Shown: positions 12,603 through 22,164 of the stretch, in pieces
Numbering within the stretch: position 1 is the first letter of the stretch
How the letters are laid out: every line of letters begins with the position of its first letter
DNA from: Macrostomum lignano
Taxonomy: Eukaryota
Assembly: GCA_002269645.1 (NCBI GenBank)
Contig: NIVC01003271.1
Coordinates: 1-41,840 of the forward strand
DNA length: 41,840 nucleotides
Direction: 5' to 3'
Notes under the pieces: generated by a model
What the model saw: only the letters and a program-made list of their open reading frames with translations
What the model was told of the DNA's origin: nothing
Databases searched by the model: none
Translations under genes and position numbers: made by a program

Positions 12603-13460
12603 TCACATTCTCTCAATAATAATTGTTAGCACAAACTCTTCCCCGTTAAAATCGACACCAACTCCATCCTCTGTTTCAAACTGCAGAACGATTTCATGTA
12701 TCTCTCTTTTACTCAGAATCACTCTTTTCACGGGGTTTGGCTTTTGCACAAGCATTTTGCCACCAGCAACAGAGTTTGAAATGTTAAAAAGTATGTTGGT
12801 TCGTTTGCCCTTGAATATCCAATCATGGCTCAGATTGCTGCGAATTAATATATTCAAACCTTTGACAATGTCAGCGATATTTGGCGCCAAGTACATACCG
12901 GATATTAGCCGGGACACAGCAACAGTGCCAGGCGCCTGCGGCGGGCTTTGGTCTGTGGTGCCACCATAAACTCTCTTTTCAAATCCCAACTCGCGATACC
13001 AAGTGCCATCTTTAAACTCTACCTCTGCGTCCTTATGAACTTGCAAGACAACTCTCATGACAGTTAGATCATAAGTTAATCTAACAGGGAACAGTTTATT
13101 TTCTGGTTTGCTTTCATCCGGTATCTCAAAATGCTTTCGTTTAGTGAAGACGTTCTCCAAGAAGTAATTATAAGTATCCACGCTCTGTGTGCTGACAGGA
13201 AATATCACAACCTCTGTTGTAGTACGCTTCCATTTGTAATAAAACTTGTTATTTTCCGCTGTCACATTGGGAACATTTGACCACCCAGTGAAATCATTGA
13301 GATAGACGTGGTAATTCGCCTCGGGATCCAAACGAAGTGGTTGCTCCAATTTTTGAATGAAGATTCCGTTTGAGTCAGTAATGCGACCCGCTACAGTGAT
13401 TGGAATGCTCTCCTTAGAGTGTGAAACAATGTTGTTTAGTCTTTCGGCTATGGCTTCCAT
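12603..13460 (-). CDS. Penton (minor capsid, single jelly-roll) protein of Polinton/adintovirus type, 285 aa, intact
   Basis: PLRLDPEANYHVYLNDFTGWSNVPNVTAENNKFYY at the N-terminus and ILIRSNLS...TNILFNI...GKMLVQKPN...IHEIVLQFETEDGVGVDFNGE at the C-terminus, the pattern of Polinton pentons. It lies directly downstream of the major capsid gene. Confidence 0.82.
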   Translation of the reverse strand: MEAIAERLNNIVSHSKESIPITVAGRITDSNGIFIQKLEQPLRLDPEANYHVYLNDFTGWSNVPNVTAENNKFYYKWKRTTTEVVIFPVSTQSVDTYNYFLENVFTKRKHFEIPDESKPENKLFPVRLTYDLTVMRVVLQVHKDAEVEFKDGTWYRELGFEKRVYGGTTDQSPPQAPGTVAVSRLISGMYLAPNIADIVKGLNILIRSNLSHDWIFKGKRTNILFNISNSVAGGKMLVQKPNPVKRVILSKREIHEIVLQFETEDGVGVDFNGEEFVLTIIIERM

Positions 13461-13482
13461 TTTTTTATTGAAAAAAAATTAT

Positions 13483-14777
13483 TCAAACTTTACTAGACGA
13501 GTTATTGATCATATTGACCTTGATTTTCCTCTCAAATGCATAGATAATAAACAGATCAACAGCCGTTGCGGCACCAAATTCTTTCCGCTCGATATTAGTC
13601 ACAATGTTAACAGGGCTATTGTCTGTAGGCATTTGTCTAGCAGTCACATCAACACCAAATATTGGCTATAGTTTTTTATACTGCAAGGTTGTCAAAACAA
13701 TACCGTTATTCTCTTTGACAGCCAGGTCCGACAGTTCATTGTAAAACTTACTAATCTTGTTCTCCGAGAAATTCCCATTTTGTGGCAATGCAGGGTATAA
13801 ATTGTCACTGATCTCATGTTGAATCGATCGAACGTTTCCATGTAGATATCTACCTACATTAGTCGTACTCCTCATAGTGACGATAATGTACCTTGATTGC
13901 TACAGGAGCCTTTTTTAATGCAAATATTGTGTCTTGCGTCATTCCGCTCATCTCTGCACATATAAGCTGTATAAGCAACATCAATGTCTTTCTCACTCGC
14001 CTTCAAGTATTCAGCTTTGAGTGCAGTCTTGGGCTCAATAATTTCTAAGTACAGCTCCACGCTAGTTAGCTTAATCTCCATCGATGTATGATTGACCCCC
14101 GACCAAATTCCTCTGTTCCGATCATCTCTAGTCAGTCTAAATGTGTAGCTGAAGTTGCTTGTCAACCGATTAAAGCTATTACAGAAACCACTCATAAACC
14201 TCAAAGGTACAAAAATATCTACAGACCTAAACAGCGGATTCTTAGCAGCATCGTTCTCACCAGCAAGAGCATAGTTGTATCTCTCCTTTCTCTTTTTGTA
14301 ACCAGGGTCATTCTCATCTCCTGTCTGTTCATTGGGGATGAATCCAGCACCGCTCCCCATCTGAATAAAATCCGGGTTCTCAATCAAGCAGTGGGTATCA
14401 TAGACCACACCAAAGTTTGCTATTCTTTCCAACTCTGTACTTCCATTGGACACATTAAACTCTTTGAACATATAAGCCCAGAAATTACTGGTTAGTGCGA
14501 CATCCGCATTGTATAGATCATCATTAGCATGAGCGGCGTCTGCGCCTCCTTTAGTTTTGAATTGAAACGTCATATAGAAGCCGCTCCTTAGACTGTGGAC
14601 ACTGACCAAAGACGAACATCCATTATATGTGAATGTCAGCGTTTGACCTGGACCCAAATTAGTTTCATTCTGATTTTCCTGACTGGGAACTCTTACCTGA
14701 GTCGCTTTGATTGTGCTATCATCACTCAAAATAGGCTTGTTAATTTTGTAGAAAACTGGTGTCAGTGGGTCGTTCAT
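13483..14777 (-). pseudogene. Major capsid protein (double jelly-roll, 'hexon'), disrupted
   Basis: The 301-aa ORF (KPILSDDSTIK...FVPLRFMSGFCNSFNRL) shifts frame at ~13900-13930 into QSRYIIVTM.... An in-frame TAG at 13666-13668 interrupts YKKL*PIFGVDV. The frame then continues to ...LFIIYAFERKIKV...* at 13483. Reconstructed length is ~420 aa. Confidence 0.8.
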
Positions 14778-14807
14778 TTTTTAACTAAAAATAAAATAAA
14801 ATAAGAA

Positions 14808-16074
14808 ATGAAGCGAAAAAGTACACAGCAGATATCTGAATTGGAGAAGCTAGCACAAGCACAGAAACGAGTTACCGGGCTAATAAATAAGGAGCAACAA
14901 TCCTACAATGAGTTTGTCCAAGCAGCCACAGAGTTTCATAAACCTGGGTATGGAGAAGCTAAGAAAAATACTGATTAGGTCAAAGAAACTATCGACGACA
15001 TACAGCAGGAAACCCTGGTGCAAAAGGTTTTGGGCAAAATTCCAGAAGCACCACAGATACAACCGCAACCACAACAACCACAACCACAGATACAGCCGCA
15101 ACCACAACAACCACAACCACGTCAATTACAACTAAAAGTGACAGATAACATTTTTGGACCAGTAGAGCGTGTAGAACATGATGGGAAATATGTATTTGGA
15201 ATAAGTATGTGGAGAAAAACATTTATAATGAACCAGTGAAATATTATATCAACATAAATAAGGAAAATATTTCTGTTGTCAAAGGCTCAGAAACTATGAA
15301 AATTCCTATCACAGACGCCTTACTGACTTTTATGACCAAGAACCAAGAGAGAATCTCGGACAAGCAGCTAAAGAACTACAGAGATCTAGTGACTTTTTCT
15401 CTTGCTAGAGATATAGAAATACTAATGGTCCCAGAAGTTCTGAAACATATGTACGATGGCGGTGTCAACCTGACTAAATTAAAAAAGTACAAGCACTAGC
15501 TTTAAACAATGGTTTGGTTTGCCAGATCAGGGGGAAGTCATGAAATCTAGAACAACAACAACAACAACAGCAACAACAACAACCACAACCACAACAACAA
15601 CAGCAACCACCACAACAGCAGCAACATTTTACAGAAGTACTCAGGCAACTGGAAAATGCAGATCCGACTCAAAATTAAGTAGCTAAATATAAAAATGATC
15701 ACCCAGATGCCTGGCAACGCTTAGAACAACACTCCCCAGATCGAATGAATAGAATCAATCAAAGAGTTTTCACACCTCAACAAAGACAGGCACCACATGA
15801 CAGTTCCATCTCTGAAAGTGAGCGGTCTTTTTCATCACCTCCCCAGCAGCTTCAAACCCAACCAACTCCACAACCCCAAAACCAACCGCCCAAATCTGGA
15901 AAAGGAATAACTGAAATCTACAAGCGAGTAGTGGTTCTTCTAGGAGCGGCAAAGACCGGAATGAAAGACGAGAATAGAAAAGAATTTGTCAACATCCTGG
16001 ACAAAATGCTTGAGAGAAAATACATCGATAAGAGGGCGAGAGAGCTTCTGCTTTCGCGGTTCAACAAAAAATAA
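14808..16074 (+). pseudogene. Conserved uncharacterised Polinton capsid-cluster gene, broken into pieces
   Basis: ATG at 14808, in-frame TAG at 14976, frameshift at ~15198 (VFG|NKYVEK), further lesions at 15500-15680. Motifs TDNIFG...YVFG, ALLTFMTK...QLKNYRDL and the C-terminal GKG...KRVVVLLGAAKTG...EFVNILDKM resemble a common Polinton gene. Q/P-rich inserts are present. Confidence 0.6.
15556..15625 (+). repeat. (CAA/CAG/CCA)n low-complexity tract; a similar tract lies at 15050-15125
   Basis: Runs of CAACAACAG and CCACAACAA that encode poly-Q/P. Confidence 0.85.
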
Positions 16075-16090
16075 TTTATTTCAAGTAAAA

Positions 16091-16477
16091 ATGCCTCTTA
16101 TTTTCGAAAAAGACATTGACAAATACTATGACAAAGAGGAACTTAATCTCATTAAACGCGGATCTTGCCTTTTCCCTGCAGGCCACTATCCAAGAAAAGA
16201 ACGCTCTGGGAATGGCCTTGCCGATTTGATCGCTCAGGGGGCCAAGATTTTTAAGGTCATTGGAGAGAACAAAGAGAACATCAAGAACGTTGCCGAAGCG
16301 GCTGGCAGTGTAGCCACAGCAGCCAAAAAGATAAAGGATACTGTAACACCTAAACAGGAGATTCAGCCGCTGGCCCCGCTGGCTCCGCTGGCCCCAAATC
16401 CAGACAGTGTGGACCCTGCAGTCTATGAGAAGATGAGAGCTAGCATTAAAAAAGGAAGTGGTTTTAAATTTGACTAA
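16091..16477 (+). CDS. 128-aa virion protein with an amphipathic helix (pVI/cupiennin-like membrane-active candidate)
   Basis: True start is AAAAATG at 16091 (MPLIFEKD). Contains SGNGLADLIAQGAKIFKVIG and ends in KKGSGFKFD. G-x-G motifs are typical of Polinton core proteins. Function is inferred. Confidence 0.55.
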   Translation: MPLIFEKDIDKYYDKEELNLIKRGSCLFPAGHYPRKERSGNGLADLIAQGAKIFKVIGENKENIKNVAEAAGSVATAAKKIKDTVTPKQEIQPLAPLAPLAPNPDSVDPAVYEKMRASIKKGSGFKFD

Positions 16478-16502
16478 AGGGTACTTTCCGAGGGTACAAG
16501 AC

Positions 16503-16649
16503 AAGTCCCGAAATGACACATTTAAGTCAGGAAATGACAGATTTAAGTCCAGAAATGACATATTTAAGTCCCGAAATGACACATCTAAGTCCCGAAATGA
16601 CACATCCAAGTCCCAAAATGACACATCCAAGTCCCAAAATGACACATCT
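16503..16649 (+). repeat. 21-bp tandem array, 7 copies
   Basis: Unit AAGTCCC(G/A)AAATGACACAT(T/C)(T/C), followed at 16690-16800 by three TTTGCGT(T/C)C(A/T)A(T/A)TTCGGC motifs. Confidence 0.95.
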
Positions 16650-16920
16650 TCTAAATGACTTATTATAACTTTTTGCAATCAATTTCGTCGTTTTTGCGTT
16701 CAATTTCGGCGCGAGGGCTAGTGTGCAGTCCAAACAACTGAGCCATAGACACTGGGCAACTTTTGCGTTCAAATTCGGCCTTTTTGCGTCCTATTTCGGC
16801 AGCTTACGGCATCAGACATTCTCCATTTGAAATTACAGAAACTAGCCTCGCCGCGACAAAATAACCATGGATACGAATGAACAATAAAGGACAATACACA
16901 TTTTTTTCATCATAGAAAAA

Positions 16921-17719
16921 ATGGACTTTTCAAACGACTTCAATCCTCACTGGACGCGTAATCAGATTAAGTTTTCTCATCACGAGTCAATCCCGAGTCA
17001 CTTCAGATGCATTGTTGTTGGTTCATCAGGTTCAGGTAAAACATTTAGTCTTTAACATGCTTCTTAGACCTGGCTTTATCGACTATGACACTCTGCACAT
17101 CTACTCTCCCACACTGTATCAAGATGAGTATAAAATGTTGATTGCAGGGCTTCAAAACAAACTGAACAAAGAGGACATTATTCAATGTTTTAATAACCAA
17201 CAAAACCTTCCCAGTAACCCAGAAATTGTAGCTGCTGAATATGCAAAGCACCTTAAAGACAACGAAAAATGGCAGAACATTAAAGTGTTCACCTATGGAG
17301 ATCCGCAGGTGGATCCAAAGACCAAACTTCTACCCCAACCAGATGAGCTAGAAAAGGGGAGAAAGCATTTGATCGTCTTTGATGATTGTATGACTGGCCC
17401 ACAGAAGCAGATAGAAAACTATTTTACAAGAGGACGACATAACAATTGTAATGTAATTTATATTGCACAGAACTGGTTCGAGCTCCCGAACAAAACAATT
17501 CGTGGGAACTGCAATCTGATTCTTCTGTTTCCAACCATTCCACAGGATAGGCTAAAAAGATTTTACAATGAGGTCATTGCGCCAGCCTATTTCATAAATC
17601 CAACAAAAAACTCAAACAGAAAAATTTCACAAGAAGAATTTGTTAACCTCTGCTGCGAAAAGTGGAACCAACCATATCAGTTTGTCATGATCAACAAGGA
17701 AAAAAGAACTGTAATTTAA
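16921..17719 (+). pseudogene. A32/FtsK-like DNA packaging ATPase, frameshifted just after Walker A
   Basis: MDFSNDF...FRCIVVGSSGSGKT (Walker A) from ATG 16921 shifts frame at ~17044 into LVFNMLL. Walker B LIVFDD and RGRHNN follow, then YIAQ and GNCNLILLF. Confidence 0.9.
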
Positions 17720-17735
17720 AATTTGCTATTAAAAG

Positions 17736-18554
17736 ATGTCTATTAATTTTGCAGGTGAATCCATTTCTGGCAACAGCACTCTTACATCAGCTCAGATATC
17801 CATCCTAGACAGGCAATATATCAACAGCGACGAAAAGATCCTAGAGATCAAACTGAATAAAAACAGACTGAAACAATTAGAGCGATCAAGGCATCTGCTA
17901 CAGATAAACATAGAAGATCTCCGCATAAAAGTGGCCAGGCAGAAGTTTGAAAGTGATAAGCTTTATGCGCAGTTTGCACACGCAACTAATGAACTTAGGT
18001 CAGAAATAACTTCGGCAGTCTCGCAAATCAATAGGTTAACATCGACAGGTAATCTTCTGAGAAATTCCACTGATAGGCGGATGCGTATTCTTGAAGAAGG
18101 AGTTTTCACAAACACAGTTAAAGTGAGTAATTTAGAAGAGTTTATGACTCAATCAACAGCGTTGCATGATAGAATTAGAGAAAACGTCGCAACCAACACA
18201 GGTAAAGTGAGGAATTTAGAAGAGTTCATGACTCAGTCAACAGCGTTGCATGATAGAATTAGAGAAAACGTCGCAACCAACACAGGCAAAGTGAGGAATT
18301 TAGAAGAGTTCATGATTCAGTCAACAGCGTTGCATGATCAAATCAAAGTAAGAATTACTGCAAATACAGTCTTTTTAGATTTAGTTTTTACCGAATGGCA
18401 GAAATCGGTGAGAAGAATCAGTCGTCTTGAGGGAGTACACAATCTTCCTGATATTGATACTGTTGAAGCAGAATCTACTGCTCGTCCGGTCATTTCTACA
18501 GATGAAATGACAAAAATCAAGAGCAAAGAGAAAACAGATCTTCAAACCGGATAG
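17736..18554 (+). CDS. 272-aa coiled-coil, fibre-like protein with 28-aa repeats, intact
   Basis: N-terminus MSINFAG. Three 84-nt repeats NT(V/G)KV(S/R)NLEEFM(T/I)QSTALHD(R/Q)I at ~18111-18345. The fibre role is inferred from position and sequence. Confidence 0.55.
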   Translation: MSINFAGESISGNSTLTSAQISILDRQYINSDEKILEIKLNKNRLKQLERSRHLLQINIEDLRIKVARQKFESDKLYAQFAHATNELRSEITSAVSQINRLTSTGNLLRNSTDRRMRILEEGVFTNTVKVSNLEEFMTQSTALHDRIRENVATNTGKVRNLEEFMTQSTALHDRIRENVATNTGKVRNLEEFMIQSTALHDQIKVRITANTVFLDLVFTEWQKSVRRISRLEGVHNLPDIDTVEAESTARPVISTDEMTKIKSKEKTDLQTG

Positions 18555-18587
18555 TTTTATAATTTTTTTATTTTTCTAGGGAAAAAA

Positions 18588-19198
18588 ATGGCCCAACAAA
18601 ATTCTCTATACGATCAGTCTCAATACGCTGAACCTAAAATACCGACAGCACCAAACTCAATGGCACCGAATTCGAACACACAAAACCTGGCACCAAGCCT
18701 GGATGCACCGAATCTGAATGCACCTACTGTAAATATTCAGACCGACTTTACCCCGTCATTACTTGTAACTCTCAACAATTTCGATTGATGGAGATTCAAA
18801 AAATGCGAGATGACATTGAAAAAAACATTTTCCACAACACAAAGAAAATTAAGCGCTATAACAGCCACTGTAAATTTTTCGACTACAGCAATATGATTCT
18901 AGGATCTGTGTCTGTTCTATCTGGATCTGCTGCAGCTGTCTCAACGTTGCCAGTCATCACAGCCCCAATCGCAATCCCGCTCGGCTCTGTGGGTGCTGCA
19001 TGTGGACTTATTTCAGCAATTCAGTCAACAGCGTTGCATGATCGAATCAAAGAAAGAATTGATGCAATTAAAGTCTTTTTAGATTTAATTTTTACCGAAT
19101 GGCAGAAATCGTTGAGAAGAATCAGTCGTCTTGAACGCTTGCATAATCTCAAAAACATTGACGCTGAATTGAGGCACAACAGACCACAAGGGAAATAA
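18588..19198 (+). pseudogene. Two-TM Polinton gene, copy 1, fused in frame to a fibre-type C-terminus
   Basis: MAQQNSLYD... shifts frame before LYPVITCNSQQFRLMEIQKMRDDIEK. The hydrophobic hairpin ILGSVSVLSGSAAAVSTLPVITAPIAIPLGSVGAACGLISAI then runs into QSTALHDRIKERID...FTEWQKSLRRISRLE. Confidence 0.7.
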
Positions 19199-19438
19199 GT
19201 GATCCAACCGACTTGACCACTGACCACAAATTTCGTGAGCCAACCGGTTTGATCACTAACCCAAAATTTCGTGAGCCAACCGGTTTGTTCGAGATCAAGT
19301 GTAGAATGGAGCTCATAGACAATGAAGAGGCAGATTCGAAGAGACCCGCGTTGCCGTCACTGCAGACGAAGCAATCAAAAGTAAAAAAAAATCTAACCAC
19401 CACAAACTAGTTGTCGATTTTTTTTAAATTCCCTAAAA

Positions 19439-19949
19439 ATGGATGCTCAAAATTCTCTTTATGATCCGAATGCACCCACAGCACCTAGTGCGCCTCATGA
19501 GCAACAAAAACTCTACCCCGTCATTTCTTGTAACTCTCAACAATTTCGATTGGTGGAGAATGGAGATTCAAAAAATGCGAGATGACATTGAAAAAAATAT
19601 TTTCCACAACACAAAGAAAATTAAGCGCTATGACAGCCACTGTAAATTTTTCGACTACAGCAATATGATTCTAGGATCTGTGTCTGTTCTATCTGGATCT
19701 GCTGCAGCTGTCTCAACGTTGCCAGTCATCACAGCCCCAATCGCAATCCCGCTCGGCTCTGTGGGTGCTGCATGTGGACTTATTTCAGCAATTACTGGAG
19801 CATTAGCGCGAAACAGGCGAAAAAAACTAAAGCAGCTACAGGAGAAGCAAGTAAAAGATAAAGGGGTGCTAACATCAATCATAGGGTATGTTTCAAGGGC
19901 AATCGAGGATAAGTTCATTTCAGAGGATGAGTTCAAAAAAATCATATAG
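19439..19949 (+). pseudogene. Two-TM Polinton gene, copy 2 (probably the 'GasderminX'-type adintovirus gene), with a 7-nt frameshifting duplication and a truncated 3' end
   Basis: MDAQNSLYD...KLYPVISCNSQQFRL, then an extra GTGGAGA, then MEIQK..., the TM hairpin, RKKLKQL and VSRAIEDKFISEDEFKKII*. The stop abuts the mariner derivative. Confidence 0.65.
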
Positions 19950-21348
19950 CTTAAAAAGTTAGTCGCTTATTTTAGCTTTCATGCCACGAAAGTCAGATTT
20001 TTATAAGTGCTTCCTGCTGTGAGCAGCATGCATTTGTTTGCATACCCTTAGCCATAGAAATACACACCAGATAATGCTTCTATGCTCACTCAGAAGAAAG
20101 CCACAACCCACAAGTAGAGCTGATCAAGTGGCTAATTAGCTCTACCAGTAGAGCTAGTAGAACTGGTAGAGCTCTGATTAGCTCTGCCAGCTTCAAACTA
20201 TTGGATCCACCTAACCCAGTTTGTAGGTGGATCCAATAGTCCACTATAGTACCGTCGTCTATTGGATCCAATAGACGACGGTCGTTTCGTCTGCCGCCAG
20301 TTCGTCTGCCACCCAGCTTTCGTCTGCAAGAGTACGATACAGTCGTTTCGTCTGCCAACGAATAGTAAAGTTTTATTAATAAGTGTAATATATGTCAGTT
20401 GTTGTCATTTATTTGAGATTTGAGATATTTGAGATAACAGTGATTAAGATATCGGGATCATTTCTTAGTAGTAATGACTTAAACGAGTAATTTCTGAATA
20501 TTTTTGTTTATATTTAAAAACTACGCAATTTAACGAATTCAATGCATTTTTTTCGTCATGATATGGCATGACGCCATACTATCTCTTAACCGTCTCAAAG
20601 CTTCAAAGCTCAAAAGCAATTAGTCGAGTTAGAATTATTTTACTTATTATAAGTAAAGTTACACGCGCACAAATTATAAATCCCATTCACAGCTTACTAC
20701 GTAGTCAATTAAAGCTATATACGAATAATTGTAATTCTTGGAAACATTGCGATAAGCAAAATAAAAAATACAAATACTACATCTTATTCTAAATCTGAAA
20801 ATTACTAGTAAATTCTAACTATTAAAAATAAACTATAAATTAATTTCAGCCATTTATAAAACTTATTTTGCTACTTATTGCTACTTATTGCCGGCAGACG
20901 AAAAGGCGGCAGACGAAATGACCGCGCCCCACAAACTGTTCGTTGACTGATGGCATTGGGACCATGAATACTGGTCAGGTTTTCGTGAATTTCAGGGCAT
21001 TTCTGACCAAGATTCCAAAGTGTGAAAATTGCATGTCTCTGCCCTTCTGTAGAGTGAATGTTAGGGTCCATGACAGGAACAAATATTGCAAGCTGCTGTC
21101 TTGCAACTCTGCGCTTGATCAGCTCTACTTGTGGCTTTCTTCTGAGTGAGCATAGAAGCATTATGTGGTGTGTATTTCTATGGCCAAGGCAAGGGTATGC
21201 AAACAACAGCAGGAAGCACTTATAAAAATCGGACTTTTGTGGCATGAAAGCCAAAATAAGCCACTAACTTTTAAGGCATATACTTTTTTCAACACACATT
21301 AATACTTGTGAAAGCAAGCAAAAGTGACACTACTTTCAGGACACCCCT

Positions 21349-21352
<4 letters not shown>
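19950..21352 (-). mobile_element. Internally deleted mariner derivative with long inverted repeats
   Basis: 19945-20128 is an inverted copy of 21114-21290. The terminus CACAAGGGGTGTCCTGAAAGT is followed by (TA)n. A transposase HTH start MDPNIHSTEGQRHAIFTLWNLGQKCPEIHENLTSIHGPNAISQRTV (21071-20931) is cut by an insertion. Confidence 0.75.
20279..20930. mobile_element. Nested non-autonomous DNA element with TTCGTCTGCC-repeat inverted ends
   Basis: CGGTCGTTTCGTCTGCCGCC on the left matches the reverse complement of GGCGGCAGACGAAATGACCG on the right. AT-rich interior. Superfamily not assignable. Confidence 0.65.

Positions 21353-21388
<36 letters not shown>
21353..21388. repeat. (TA)n microsatellite at the mariner end
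   Basis: About 18 TA units. Confidence 0.95.
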
Positions 21389-21389
<1 letters not shown>

Positions 21390-22164
21390 TATTCTACTAG
21401 GGTTTTTTTGAAAGGTGCAAGACAAGACAGGGTGTGTAATTTTAAAGTGCAATTTTAAGGCTCAAAGTGCAATTTCTCTTTATTTATTCTTATGTTAAAG
21501 CAGTGCAAATGAGGCTTAAAAGGAAAAATAAGTAATGAGACTGCGCCTAAACTGCACTTACTTTTTTAACTTCAGGGTGCAATTTCAAAATTTAAGATGC
21601 TAGATGCATATGCACATTGCACACAAAAAAGCTGCTATTGTATATCTTTAGATATCTAGGGATCAGGACGAGAAAGGTAAAGAAAAAAAAATTGCTAGAG
21701 AATCATTCTTTGGTTTTGTCATGGTATACTTTCCATTTAACTGTAATTGTTGTGACTGAGGCCTTTTGGCTATTGCCCTTTTGACTATCACCTTTTCGAT
21801 CTATTGCCCTTTTAACCAGTTCTTTTACCATTCAGGCCTATTCTTATCCTACTTGGCAAGGTCTAGATAGTCCAATGTATATATATATATATCATATAAG
21901 TTGAGGTTGGACAAGCAGAAAATTTTGGTCAGGCATGAAATTTTGTAAAATTTTCAAAGTTGGACATGATTGTAATTGTGATGTAGGTTATATAGTAACT
22001 TAAATTTAAGTTATAATTTAAATAAAAAAGTAAGCAAAAATTCACAACCTCATGAATAGGTTTCAAGAAAATCACAATTGTGAAGAAATGGTCATGAATT
22101 CACAAAATTGTGAGTGATCATGAACCTGATCCCTAGACCCTACGTATGAATCATACATGCACAA

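Larger units (their letters stand above)
11930..19949. mobile_element. Endogenous Polinton/adintovirus-like element, morphogenesis module only (partial and decaying)
   Basis: Intronless, tightly packed ORFs with 16-35 bp spacers encoding penton, major capsid protein, A32-like ATPase and accessory virion genes. Shared A-rich start context. Boundaries are approximate. Confidence 0.88.

Noticed and set aside
12559-14495. Plus-strand ORFs 12559-12969, 13357-13671 and 14088-14495
   Set aside because: They are antisense shadows of the penton and major capsid genes.
16503-16649. CRISPR-like array (also considered for 9043-9245, 11590-11705 and 40700-41055)
   Set aside because: The repeats are contiguous with no unique spacers, there are no cas genes, and the context is eukaryotic.
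16076-16678. 200-aa minus-strand ORF with DVSFRDL heptads
   Set aside because: It is antisense to the pVI-like gene, is driven by the 21-bp array and has no ATG start.
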